DNA from: Klebsiella phage Miami
Sequence record: MT701590.1
Reading direction: 5' to 3' (one strand)
Length of the DNA: 64,000 bases
Shown in pieces: positions 1 through 9,826 of this stretch (positions are counted from its first letter, which is position 1; each line of letters begins with the position of its first letter). The notes below the pieces were generated by a model that saw nothing but the letters and a program-made list of their open reading frames with translations, did no database searches and had not been told where the DNA came from. The position numbers and the translations under genes were made by a program.

Positions 1-2
1 AC

Positions 3-2627
3 TGTGAAACGGCCGGATTCTGTTTGGAAGATAACGGAACGTTAATGATGCTCGCCAATGCGTCTGACGGAAAGCACAACGGTCTGTTTTACACCACTAT
101 TGAAAATTGGGATAGCACCAATCCAAAAGTCAGATATACCGGCTATCCTTACCAATGGGGGAATTTGGATTACCGTAAACTCAACGCCATTGTTGAAGGC
201 TCTGGTAAAGACGTGATGATCGTAGGGAACCGTGTTTCTCAGGATTGGTACATTACTCTGACCAAAGGGACCTTCGACCCAGCGAAACACAATCTGCACA
301 AAATCTCTTTCGATACCACCCCTCCTGGGATGTGGGACAATTATGTCGTTAACGAAAGATTCCCTTGGTTCGATATCAGCAAGGTTTTTGTTGCAGGGAA
401 CTATGTTTGGCTGATGTATCTCAACCATCAGTATTTTAGCAATGAGTTGAGGATGGCTAAGGATCTTTATTTTTATCGCATCCCTTTATCAGCCTTTGAT
501 ACTGACGGTCCGTTGGTATTCCAGGCGGTAACTCTGACAAGCGCGCATAACGTTTTCGGGACATTATTCTCTAACGTTAAACCGCTTAGAATGACGGATC
601 CTGTTAAGAAGTCCAACGGGTATTATAACAATAGTTGGTGCAGAACTTCCCTGGATCTAACGTCTTCATTCCAGTGGATAAAATCAGTTATTATCCCGAC
701 AGATTACGATACAACGTCTAACAAGAAGCTGATCTATTTAGAAACTAGAATGCATGACTATTATTATAATGGTTCTGTTTATAGTTTCTATTCTCCGGCC
801 CTGCAGTTCATTTATATCTTTGATCCTGACAATAATACGTTTTTACTCCATCCTGATAGCGGAAGAAACTACCTAATTGATTTGGGGAATACCTCCAATA
901 ATCCCCAGAGAGTAGAGGGAAGAATGGGTAATGGGGATGACTGGGTCAACATAGGTAGGAACCAAAGACCTAGTATCTACGCGATGAATGGCTATATTCT
1001 TAAGTCACAAATAAATCAGACTTACACCACCTTTAAATTAAAAACTGATTTACTCAGTTGGTTCAAAGACCCTTATTCGGGAGCAACGGGTGGGACTAAT
1101 GCTCTGACGGTAGTTAAAAAGTCTTATCCGATGGTAGAGCCCCCTGGCGCGGTTCAATCAAGCTATTTCGATGGCGCTGAAATATATGGAGTTTATGGTC
1201 CCCTTCCATCCAGCTCCACCAACGTCGCGACCAAAATGGGTTTATACCTCAGAACCGGATTGGGGGACTACGCCAATCACCCTGAGATGAGATGGGACAA
1301 CACTAATCTCATGATACGTCTGCCCAGCAACCAGGACTTTAAGATAGCGGGTGGTGGAAACTATGCAAGATGCAGTGTGACCGGTGATGCCGCAGCATTA
1401 ACCGCAGCAGGGACAACGATAGGGTGGACTGGATTCAGCGTTTATGAGGATAGGGGTGTTTTCGATAAATTCACCAACTGGCCCGCTCAGCCAAGTAATC
1501 AGGTTGCTTTACCCGGGAACATCACCTGGGATACAAGTGTTCCTGGAGTAGCGACAGCCCAGGTGAATTCTACAGTAAATTACCCAACCACCATTATCAA
1601 CCAGATTAAAGCGGTGTTGACTAATGGTATCGGGGCGACGAAATATTCGTCGTTTACACTTTACGATTTCACCTATTCCCCGTTTGCGGACGTCTATTCG
1701 GTAGCCACCCTTTTCTATACGAAGCCGGGATCTGCTGGACTGTGGACAAGGTTTATTTTGTTTAAACCTACGGTAACAACGTCCGGTACCGTAAAAACTG
1801 TGACCGCTTATTCCGTTCTGTACAACTCCGGTGAAGTGGTTAACGATGGTCCGAGGTTCTTCGCGAACATTGACATGAGCTATTCTAGAGGATTCGACAC
1901 TTATCCCATAGTGGAAGTCTATGTCAATCGAACCACCGGGATCCATTATTACAACATTTATCCGGGCGTTTGTTTCTATCCGGCAGGAAGTACTGGGGCG
2001 TACGCGGTTTCTTATATCGTACAGTCTCGTATACAGCTACAGCGGGCGACATCCAATAACGCGATTACTGTTACCGAAAACACAACAAGACCTACTTGGT
2101 ATAACGACGAATATTACGTTACCATGATTCCTAAGGTAGGGAGGGTCACTGTTTACGGCATTGATGTGCTAACTGAGATGGCGAATACTGGATCGATCGC
2201 AACAGTAAATGGAACGCGATATGTGACCGCTCACACTTATCCGGCGGATAACTGGTATGTGTATTTTACCAATGCGATTAACGTAACGATAGAAGGCGGC
2301 AGTTATCTCATGCCGACGGGCAGTATATCACTTTACGACATTGTAAGTAATCCCGTTGATAAGACGTTCTACGTTTATATCAGGTTGAACGGAACCAAAG
2401 CGGAATATTTCGTTACTACCAAAAAGCTTTACGTTTCTAGCAAAATGTTGTTTGTTGCAACGATAACGACTAACGATAAAGGGATCAGCAGCATCGATCT
2501 TCTCCAACCGATGATGGTGGGGGATTTGGTTCTCTCTAACGTACGTCGTGGTCAAGCAATTCCTGTTGTGGACGGGTCGCTGGGTCAAGAAGCAACTGTG
2601 GTATGGAAACGCAGCCAAGATAATTAA
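3..2627 (+). CDS. large virion structural protein, 5' end outside window (fibre/baseplate-associated candidate)
   Basis: The reading frame is open from nt 3 and the first in-frame start in the track is a TTG at 24, so the gene probably begins upstream. 867 aa rich in S/T/N/Y/G, typical of phage fibre or baseplate proteins. It sits directly upstream of a T4-type fibre gene. Confidence 0.5.
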   Translation, partial: CETAGFCLEDNGTLMMLANASDGKHNGLFYTTIENWDSTNPKVRYTGYPYQWGNLDYRKLNAIVEGSGKDVMIVGNRVSQDWYITLTKGTFDPAKHNLHKISFDTTPPGMWDNYVVNERFPWFDISKVFVAGNYVWLMYLNHQYFSNELRMAKDLYFYRIPLSAFDTDGPLVFQAVTLTSAHNVFGTLFSNVKPLRMTDPVKKSNGYYNNSWCRTSLDLTSSFQWIKSVIIPTDYDTTSNKKLIYLETRMHDYYYNGSVYSFYSPALQFIYIFDPDNNTFLLHPDSGRNYLIDLGNTSNNPQRVEGRMGNGDDWVNIGRNQRPSIYAMNGYILKSQINQTYTTFKLKTDLLSWFKDPYSGATGGTNALTVVKKSYPMVEPPGAVQSSYFDGAEIYGVYGPLPSSSTNVATKMGLYLRTGLGDYANHPEMRWDNTNLMIRLPSNQDFKIAGGGNYARCSVTGDAAALTAAGTTIGWTGFSVYEDRGVFDKFTNWPAQPSNQVALPGNITWDTSVPGVATAQVNSTVNYPTTIINQIKAVLTNGIGATKYSSFTLYDFTYSPFADVYSVATLFYTKPGSAGLWTRFILFKPTVTTSGTVKTVTAYSVLYNSGEVVNDGPRFFANIDMSYSRGFDTYPIVEVYVNRTTGIHYYNIYPGVCFYPAGSTGAYAVSYIVQSRIQLQRATSNNAITVTENTTRPTWYNDEYYVTMIPKVGRVTVYGIDVLTEMANTGSIATVNGTRYVTAHTYPADNWYVYFTNAINVTIEGGSYLMPTGSISLYDIVSNPVDKTFYVYIRLNGTKAEYFVTTKKLYVSSKMLFVATITTNDKGISSIDLLQPMMVGDLVLSNVRRGQAIPVVDGSLGQEATVVWKRSQDN

Positions 2628-2672
2628 TCGTTTTCACACGGGGGAGTAACCCTCCCCCTAAGAGGTCAGATA

Positions 2673-5600
2673 ATGATCATTTTAGATGAAACCATTCCTC
2701 CTAATGGTCAAGAGGATGAGCGCTTCGGTCTTTTACTTTACGCGTTAACCGACTACGGGATTAAAAGGGAGTTACAACACGTCGCCAGTGTGGCGGTGTT
2801 GACCGATAAAGTTGCCGAAGCGAATGCTAAGATGACATCGGTCAGCTCAGCGGTAAACGATGCTCTTGACGCCCACATTGCGACAAAAGGCCCCATCCAT
2901 GGGGAGACCAAGGAAACGATAGGTCTGGGTCTTGTTGACAATTTACGGACAGCCACGTTAGAAGAACATGTTGACGGTAGCGACGACCTGTTCTGTACTC
3001 CTGCTGGAGTAAAATACGCGGCTCAGTTTTTGGTTGAACCTGATTACACCGGGTTTATTCCACAGACTGTACTCCCTATTGCTTATTTCAAAAGACTGAC
3101 TGGGGATCTGAGCATTAACTCAATCTCTTTCAGTCCATGGACTCAGAGTAATAAGAAAGGTAACCTGTACATCACAGACGGTGCTTATTACGTCAGCTTG
3201 TTAAGTAAGAACGGCGGCGGGGTTAATTACCTGAGTGATCTTTTAACATCAAGGGATTTGATGTACTTCACACCTAGTGGCGGTACGATTGTACCTAAAC
3301 TGGCATACGGCTGGAACGCTAAGACGGGATACCAAACCCTGAGTGATGGTTCGAAACAGCTTACCTTTTTCGATTACACTCATAATGGCACTGGTGGGGA
3401 GTTCGCTCTTAATTTTTCGGGGTCTGTAACAGGCGACTATCTGTCGACCTTATTCGATCCTTTACTCGACACGTCTTCTTTAATAGGCGGGCTACGCTTA
3501 ACTCAGGCTGGATTAAATGTCACACTGACGACCATTACCCAGCCAGATGAGTCGGTCGCAACGCTACTGGTGGACAACACTACCGGTTTCAGTTTTAACG
3601 CCACGGGACCGAAGGGAACGGTTAGAACAGGGACGATTAATAACCTCATTCCTTTAGCCGACTTCATCACGGTAACTGACGCTACGGCGGTTACAATTGA
3701 CCCGACCTACACAGCCATTGACCAAACCCACGGCTATGGGAATATGGAATGGGAGGTTAAAGGGAAATCTGCGATTCTTTACACAGATGCTATCCTGAGG
3801 ACAACATTCCAAGGAGTCGTTAAGAAGATCGTCGCCAGAATAGCGTTAAGGTTGACGATAAGTGGGTCCACTTACACGATCGCTCCCTTATCTCAAGTGA
3901 GTATGGCGACGATAACTGCTGGCGCTGTTGCTGTATCCGGGAACATCCTTTTTGAAGAAGAAATTGATGGCGCTTTACACCCAGTTTACGGAAAAGGTCC
4001 GTTCTTAAGCGAGGGCGGGCACGCTACGTCAATGGCTTCCAACCAAAGCTTCTTCTTAAGGGCATTTACTCACGATCTAACCAGCCTCGTTGACCTGGCT
4101 AAAAACTATCACGAAACCCTTTCTCTCTCTGGAGAGTATACAAAGGAATATCCGGGTAGTTTTGCGGCTCCGATAGGGGTGAACATTAAACGCTTCATAC
4201 CGTTTAATAGTACCGCTTCGGGGTTAAAGGTTTTAACCTATCCGATGGCCAATACCTCAGAAGACTACTACGGGGTATTAAGTTGGGATAGTCCTCAGAT
4301 TCTCCAGTCGTCTAAGAACAAGCCGCTGTATTATCGGTTCAAGCAGGCGAGCTCTTTAACCAACTTTACATTAAGCTCCACCATACCGACCAGGCTGATT
4401 GTTAACTCCGGTGCTGATGGCAGCGTTACTGTGAGGGGGTTGAGTTTCTTACGCAGTGATTATACCGCCGGTACGGGTAAACTGGTCATTACGGAGAATG
4501 AGGTTAAAGCGTCTGAAACTTGGGCGTTGGACGCCGACTCCATTACCACAATGGAATCTATCTTGTCGACGTTCTCCACCAGAAGCCACACAGCGTATAC
4601 TTCTGCTGGGGTGGCGTACGACGCAAGTAAACAGTCAATGAGTTGGTCTGTTGGGATTTTGACGACCTCTGACGACATTACCGCAGTAACAAGATGTGTT
4701 GTGTTATTATCGGATGGTTGCGGTTATGTGGGGTGTCAAATCGTTCCTACGACGCCTAATAGCGGAACAAGAACGTTTACCATCAACAGAGCGTCATTGG
4801 GCACACTGACATCCATGACTTTTGGGATGGCTGCTGTTCCTGATTTTAGTGCGGCCGAATATCTGACACCGCCGGCGTACAACGACATAATGGTATTAAC
4901 TCGTTCCGATAATTCGTTAGAGATCGCATTTAATAACGCGTTTAAAACGAAATACGGGATGGCGTCATTCTTATATTCCGGAACAACGCTGGCACTGGAT
5001 AAAATAGAAAATCCAAGAGTCAGTGTAGGGAATTTCCCCATCATCGGGAAACGTGGGTGTTGCCCTATCAGTATTCCTTACTACGGTATTTTCAGGATGA
5101 CGGATAACGAGGAGGAGTTTTTCAACGCCAACCTCAATCGTTATCTTAACCAGTATGGCGATTTAACGGACGACGTAGTCACTATGGGGGGTTCGGATTA
5201 TCACCTAATCAGAATCCCTGCCGGGACCAAAGTGTTCTTGGATGGTCGAGAATTCCAAATGATCTCCGGTTTAGTCGTCTACGCTCAGGTAGGAGTGACG
5301 TCGTATATTTATCTCACAGCGGCGGCCGATAACGTGATGGCCGAGGCCAGAACCGTAAAATCAGAACCTGCCGTTGATGAAATCATTTACGCAGTAATGG
5401 ATGAAGCAGGGAATCTCGTTATCAACGACACGTACACTGTCATTGATGGGTTCGCGGTATCCTACACTCGTCAGGGTAGTTCTATCCCGTATACTACGGG
5501 TTACCCTATGGATCTTGGCGAAACACTCTTCTTTAAAACAACCTTCGGGGATCCTGATCTTGATGTAATCATGAACTCAACCATGCCAGAGTTTGGCGGG

Positions 5601-5888
5601 ATGGAGTACATGCCTGACCTTGATGAGGAGATCAACGACATTATTCCTTCTTGGGATAATCTCGAAGATCAAGCCATGGACCTCATGATGAACCAGATTC
5701 TCCCAGAGGATATTGGAACATTGGAGGAAAATATCGATGAGTGCATCAACGAAATTCAACCTGAGTACGTCGAAGACTACAGAGATTCCAACGACATCAT
5801 TGTTAACCAATTGATGCCGGAAATCGGTATGTCTCGATTTGTATTGACGGATTATATCGTTAACCAGATCTTACCTGATTCGGAATAA
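2673..5888 (+). CDS. tail fibre protein (T4-type fibre family) with acidic C-terminal repeat tail
   Basis: RBS aagagg upstream. The N-terminal region HGETKETIGLGLVDN resembles the GLGNVxN motif of T4-type fibre proteins. 1071 aa. The last ~100 aa are highly acidic with repeated NQ(I/L)(L/M)PE(D)IG units. Confidence 0.55.
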   Translation: MIILDETIPPNGQEDERFGLLLYALTDYGIKRELQHVASVAVLTDKVAEANAKMTSVSSAVNDALDAHIATKGPIHGETKETIGLGLVDNLRTATLEEHVDGSDDLFCTPAGVKYAAQFLVEPDYTGFIPQTVLPIAYFKRLTGDLSINSISFSPWTQSNKKGNLYITDGAYYVSLLSKNGGGVNYLSDLLTSRDLMYFTPSGGTIVPKLAYGWNAKTGYQTLSDGSKQLTFFDYTHNGTGGEFALNFSGSVTGDYLSTLFDPLLDTSSLIGGLRLTQAGLNVTLTTITQPDESVATLLVDNTTGFSFNATGPKGTVRTGTINNLIPLADFITVTDATAVTIDPTYTAIDQTHGYGNMEWEVKGKSAILYTDAILRTTFQGVVKKIVARIALRLTISGSTYTIAPLSQVSMATITAGAVAVSGNILFEEEIDGALHPVYGKGPFLSEGGHATSMASNQSFFLRAFTHDLTSLVDLAKNYHETLSLSGEYTKEYPGSFAAPIGVNIKRFIPFNSTASGLKVLTYPMANTSEDYYGVLSWDSPQILQSSKNKPLYYRFKQASSLTNFTLSSTIPTRLIVNSGADGSVTVRGLSFLRSDYTAGTGKLVITENEVKASETWALDADSITTMESILSTFSTRSHTAYTSAGVAYDASKQSMSWSVGILTTSDDITAVTRCVVLLSDGCGYVGCQIVPTTPNSGTRTFTINRASLGTLTSMTFGMAAVPDFSAAEYLTPPAYNDIMVLTRSDNSLEIAFNNAFKTKYGMASFLYSGTTLALDKIENPRVSVGNFPIIGKRGCCPISIPYYGIFRMTDNEEEFFNANLNRYLNQYGDLTDDVVTMGGSDYHLIRIPAGTKVFLDGREFQMISGLVVYAQVGVTSYIYLTAAADNVMAEARTVKSEPAVDEIIYAVMDEAGNLVINDTYTVIDGFAVSYTRQGSSIPYTTGYPMDLGETLFFKTTFGDPDLDVIMNSTMPEFGGMEYMPDLDEEINDIIPSWDNLEDQAMDLMMNQILPEDIGTLEENIDECINEIQPEYVEDYRDSNDIIVNQLMPEIGMSRFVLTDYIVNQILPDSE

Positions 5889-5893
5889 CGTTT

Positions 5894-5927
5894 ATAGCGG
5901 AGAGGGGCTCACGCCCCTCTCCGCTAT
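5894..5927. terminator. bidirectional rho-independent terminator between convergent fibre and spike genes
   Basis: Perfect 15-bp stem ATAGCGGAGAGGGGC/GCCCCTCTCCGCTAT with loop TCAC, T-rich on the + side and A-rich on the other. Confidence 0.6.
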
Positions 5928-5935
5928 ATTTATTG

Positions 5936-6922
5936 TTAACCGCCGCCAACCGGCATACCGCCTGTACCGCTGCCACCTGAATTGCTATGACGATGTTTCA
6001 ATAGGGATACTGCTCCGCCCCCTGCTGTTACATCACCTTTCGCATTTATAGATTCTTCTGCGTTAATGCTTCCAGAACATTCCATAGTTCCATCGCCACC
6101 TTCACCCGCAATTGTGGTAATGTTACCCGCCACACCCAAGTTACCGATAACTGACGTGTTAGCCTTTATGTTTACGCCTTCTGGGGCGACGACGTTGACG
6201 TCTTGCGCACTAACTAGCATTTGTTTACAGATTATGCTTAATAGTTTATCGGCACTAATTCCAAATGTGTCCGCGCACTTAATTAAGATGTTCATCTTAG
6301 CCAGTGTAATTTCTGACCCATCCTGATTTCGTACGCTCGTGGTGTGTGACATCGAATCAGTAGCGATAATGTTGCCTTCGCCATCCCCTAGGAGAACAGT
6401 ACCTGCCTGAGCATCTACCTGGAACTGATATTTGGTCTTCTCTCCATTAGCTTGGGATGTCATAAACCCAACCTTACCCGTATGAGTGGAGATCTCAAAC
6501 GTGTAATAGTTATCCAGAGAGAATTCAGCATTCTCGTCTAAATTAGGATTGGCGGAAAATCCCCAAACTACTGTCTCCAATCGTTTAGTCTTCGTATCGA
6601 CCCCATGGAGTGTCCAGAGTAATTGATCCGAATCCCCATACCGATATATGGCGACCGGGGTCCCTTCTCTGACATCCGGAGCCGTCATTCGGTTACCGCC
6701 GTCACCCATCCACTTAGCCGTAACTGAGTTAGATCCCAAAACCTGAGAAGTTTTGTTAGTTCCGTCGGCAGTTTGCGAAGTTTGAACAGAGGTTTGGGCT
6801 GTGGCCACTTCCCTACCGTCAGCCATCATGTTATACGATGGAAGGGAAACGGTAATTTCTTTTGAGTCAGTTTGTTTAGTCGATGTTACCGTTCCGACAC
6901 CTAAACAATTCAGTAAATTCAT
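5936..6922 (-). CDS. baseplate central spike protein (P2 gpV / T4 gp5-like), HxH tip motif
   Basis: OB-fold-like stretch GTPVAIYRYGDSDQLLW, then a beta-helix-like repetitive C-terminal half (NIKANTSVIGNLGVAGNITTIAGEGG). KHRH near the C-terminus resembles the iron-binding HxH of gpV-type spikes. It converges with the fibre gene on a shared hairpin. Confidence 0.5.
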   Translation of the reverse strand: MNLLNCLGVGTVTSTKQTDSKEITVSLPSYNMMADGREVATAQTSVQTSQTADGTNKTSQVLGSNSVTAKWMGDGGNRMTAPDVREGTPVAIYRYGDSDQLLWTLHGVDTKTKRLETVVWGFSANPNLDENAEFSLDNYYTFEISTHTGKVGFMTSQANGEKTKYQFQVDAQAGTVLLGDGEGNIIATDSMSHTTSVRNQDGSEITLAKMNILIKCADTFGISADKLLSIICKQMLVSAQDVNVVAPEGVNIKANTSVIGNLGVAGNITTIAGEGGDGTMECSGSINAEESINAKGDVTAGGGAVSLLKHRHSNSGGSGTGGMPVGGG

Positions 6923-6972
6923 ACCCTGTCCCTTTATTTATAAGACTTTGTCATTTAAAAAATGGTTACTAT

Positions 6973-9447
6973 ATGATCGTTAAGCTGATATTAAAAGGTT
7001 ACATTCCTTTGAACACCAAAGGAGTAGAATATTTTGAAACGGATCAATTGGGCTTAATGAATATCCTGATTGGACGCAATGGGCATGGGAAGAGTTCCAT
7101 ACTCAACGAGGCGTCGCCGATGCCTCCTGAAAACGCCGACTATGTAGAAGATGGCTATAAATACGTCGAAATAATTAATAAGGGAAAACGGTATTATTTG
7201 GAATCTTTCACGGGATCAAAAAGCAAACACTCGTTTAAAGATTCAGAAGGTAACGAACTTAATTCAGGCGGTACCCAAGCGGTACAAAAAGAACTGGTTA
7301 AACAGTATTTTGACCTCACCCCGTTGTACTTTAAAGTTCTTACTGCAATCAACGAAAACTATCGTTTCACGGCATTAGGGGTGGCAGAAAGGAAGTTCCT
7401 CTTAATGGACCTCTACCCTAACGATACCAAATACGCGCTGATTGTCTATAACAAAATCAAATCGGCGTATAGCGATACCGTAGGGGCGTTAAAGAACCAA
7501 AGTCAGAGATTGATTGAGGAACAGCAACGCGTAAGTGCCTTAGGAGGAAAAACCAAAGAAGAACTTCTTCACGATATTTCTCAGCTCGATAAACGCATTA
7601 ACGAAATTGTTTACCTGCAAGGAGAACTCAACGGAACTGCTAACGTTAGCGGGGATCTTCGTTTAGAAATTGAGGATTTCAATAGCAAAGTAAAATCTCT
7701 GCTCGTGATGGGAATGACCACAGGGACACTGTCACGTCAACAGTTAATAGCGAGCATTGAGAGTTTAAAAGCCTCGTTGGTTTATCACGAAACCCAGCAG
7801 AAGATGTATCAGACACAACTCAATGATATTTCATCCGCGATGAGTGGGCTAGAGTTGAAGGACCACGACCCTAAACAATTTGAAACGCAACTGTTGGATC
7901 TCGAGTATCGTCATGCCGTACTCGAAACGGTATTGAACGACTCGGAAGAACTCATCAAACGAGAACCGTTTATATCTGAACACCGGGAACGGCTGATTAA
8001 CCTCGCTCCTGGTTTTAGAACCTTGATAGATCGGATAAACTTAATCCCCCTTTGTTCTAATCCAGAGTTAACCACGAGTCAGTACCAAAACTGGTTAGAT
8101 AAGTCCGAACAGATTTTTAACGAAGGTAAACAATCCAGGGTTGAGTTGGAACACGTCCAACATCAACTCAAACATTATCGTGATGCTTCGGAAGTCCAGT
8201 GTCCTGAATGCTCTTCTCAGTTTAAACCTGGGTTCGATAAGACCTACGAATCTAAATTGATTAAACAGGAAGATGGATTAAAATCGACCATCGCTCATCT
8301 AACGAGTAAGTATAAGCAATACAAACAAACCCTCGCTTTGGATCAAGAATGGTTCAGTCAAATGAGGGCTTTGGAACAGTACGTAGAAAGCAGTCATGAA
8401 GCGAAATTCTTGCTTCATCTGTTAAGCGAGTATAAGGTAGGTTATGAACCAGCCGATAGGCTCATAAACGTCATTAAAACGCTCACTACGACGCTGGATT
8501 ATAAGAAACAACAGGATGCCTTGACCGAAGAAATAAACGTCTTAAAAACCCGTATAAACGTGTTTAAAACGAATAATATGGAAGAGGCTCTGGCCGCGTA
8601 CTCACTCAGCGAAGAAAGGCTGGGTGATAGTAATCGTGCAATTCGTCGTTGTATGACGTTGATGAGGGAGCATCAGAAGACCTTAAAGGATTATGACGCT
8701 TACGAAATAACGATTGATGCGGTCAGAGAAGGTCAGGCAAGAATCCTTGATTTGTTACGGGATGAGGGTAAAGTCAGTTTGCATAGAAGACTCAACGAAG
8801 TAATGTCAAGTCTTCTCCCTCAGAAAGATGAAGTCATGTCTCTGATGATCAGACAGGAGTCGTTAAAGACTCTGGTCGGGTCTATCGAAGATAACATCGC
8901 GAACCTTAAGAAAAGACAATCTGATCTTAAGATCTTGATGGACGGACTCTGCCCTAAGAAAGGATACATCGGGGAATTGATGAAGGACTTTATTACCGCG
9001 ATTTGTGCGAACATGAACGCGGTAATACGGGACATATGGAGTACGCCTCTCTTTGTTAAACCGTGTGTTAATAAGAAAGGTGAAATGGATTATAACTTCC
9101 CAGTTATTAATGGCGACTCTAGCAGAACAGCTTCTGACGTGGCTAAATGTAGCGGGGGAGAAAAGGAGATTATTAACTTCGCATTTCGGTTAGTTGTCTC
9201 TCGGTACGTGAAATACGACAGTCCTCTTTTCTTGGACGAGGTTGGCGTTAACATGGACGAATACCATCGAGGTCGATTCTTTGATTATGTCAAGCGGCTG
9301 ATGGCGACGGGTAAGATTGATCAGTGTTTTATGATCAGTCATTACTCTTCACAGTATGGGCTCATGGACAATGCCAACATTATTGCTTTAAATACAGAAG
9401 GTTTAACGGTTCCCCCTAACGTCAATCTCAGTACAACGATAAGGTAA
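6973..9447 (+). CDS. SbcC/Rad50-like recombination ATPase (T4 gp46-like)
   Basis: Walker A GRNGHGKSSILNE, long coiled-coil, CPEC zinc-hook-like CxxC, ABC signature CSGGEKEI and Walker B LFLDEVG at the C-terminus. Close motif-level match to the T4 gp46 layout. The start was moved to the ATG at 6973 because the track ORF begins inside the divergent promoter region. Confidence 0.8.
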   Translation: MIVKLILKGYIPLNTKGVEYFETDQLGLMNILIGRNGHGKSSILNEASPMPPENADYVEDGYKYVEIINKGKRYYLESFTGSKSKHSFKDSEGNELNSGGTQAVQKELVKQYFDLTPLYFKVLTAINENYRFTALGVAERKFLLMDLYPNDTKYALIVYNKIKSAYSDTVGALKNQSQRLIEEQQRVSALGGKTKEELLHDISQLDKRINEIVYLQGELNGTANVSGDLRLEIEDFNSKVKSLLVMGMTTGTLSRQQLIASIESLKASLVYHETQQKMYQTQLNDISSAMSGLELKDHDPKQFETQLLDLEYRHAVLETVLNDSEELIKREPFISEHRERLINLAPGFRTLIDRINLIPLCSNPELTTSQYQNWLDKSEQIFNEGKQSRVELEHVQHQLKHYRDASEVQCPECSSQFKPGFDKTYESKLIKQEDGLKSTIAHLTSKYKQYKQTLALDQEWFSQMRALEQYVESSHEAKFLLHLLSEYKVGYEPADRLINVIKTLTTTLDYKKQQDALTEEINVLKTRINVFKTNNMEEALAAYSLSEERLGDSNRAIRRCMTLMREHQKTLKDYDAYEITIDAVREGQARILDLLRDEGKVSLHRRLNEVMSSLLPQKDEVMSLMIRQESLKTLVGSIEDNIANLKKRQSDLKILMDGLCPKKGYIGELMKDFITAICANMNAVIRDIWSTPLFVKPCVNKKGEMDYNFPVINGDSSRTASDVAKCSGGEKEIINFAFRLVVSRYVKYDSPLFLDEVGVNMDEYHRGRFFDYVKRLMATGKIDQCFMISHYSSQYGLMDNANIIALNTEGLTVPPNVNLSTTIR

Positions 9448-9451
9448 TACC

Positions 9452-9736
9452 ATGTTGACCTTTACCACCACGGTGCGTAACAAAGCCGATAAGCTCGCAG
9501 CGGAACTCGATAAGGTTATCAGTAACTCATCGATAAACACCCGTAAAGCGACTTGGTTATTGCGTTACGCCAATGTCATTAACTACGCAAACGTCAATGG
9601 ATTAAAATTAGTTGAATTCAATACCAGAGCCGAAACTATTCGCAAATGGATAGCGACGGGGCATGTTTTCTTTGAGGGTAACAAAGCCATCTCTCTTGAA
9701 GAAATCGGTATGGATTTCAATACCGGTCGCCGGTAA
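9452..9736 (+). CDS. hypothetical protein
   Basis: 94-aa ORF immediately after the gp46-like gene, followed by a terminator hairpin. Confidence 0.5.
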   Translation: MLTFTTTVRNKADKLAAELDKVISNSSINTRKATWLLRYANVINYANVNGLKLVEFNTRAETIRKWIATGHVFFEGNKAISLEEIGMDFNTGRR

Positions 9737-9768
9737 AATAAGACAGATCTATATTATCTTAGAGAACC

Positions 9769-9808
9769 GTGAAGGGTGTCTCATTTTCTCTTACACCCTT
9801 CACTTTTT
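9769..9808 (+). terminator. rho-independent terminator
   Basis: Stem GTGAAGGGTGT/ACACCCTTCAC followed by TTTTT. Confidence 0.5.
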
Positions 9809-9826
9809 ACTACGAGGAAATAAAAA

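Noticed and set aside
42-2618. Several 60-145-aa ORFs inside or antisense to the first large structural gene (42-428 -, 1509-1946 -, 1921-2127 +, 2328-2618 -)
   Set aside because: All lie within a continuous 867-codon frame that has coherent fibre-like composition. They are shadow ORFs.
6883-6972. Track start of the gp46-like ORF at 6883
   Set aside because: It would begin inside the divergent AT-rich promoter region and overlap the spike gene start. ATG 6973 gives an N-terminus (MIVKL...) at the normal distance from the P-loop.
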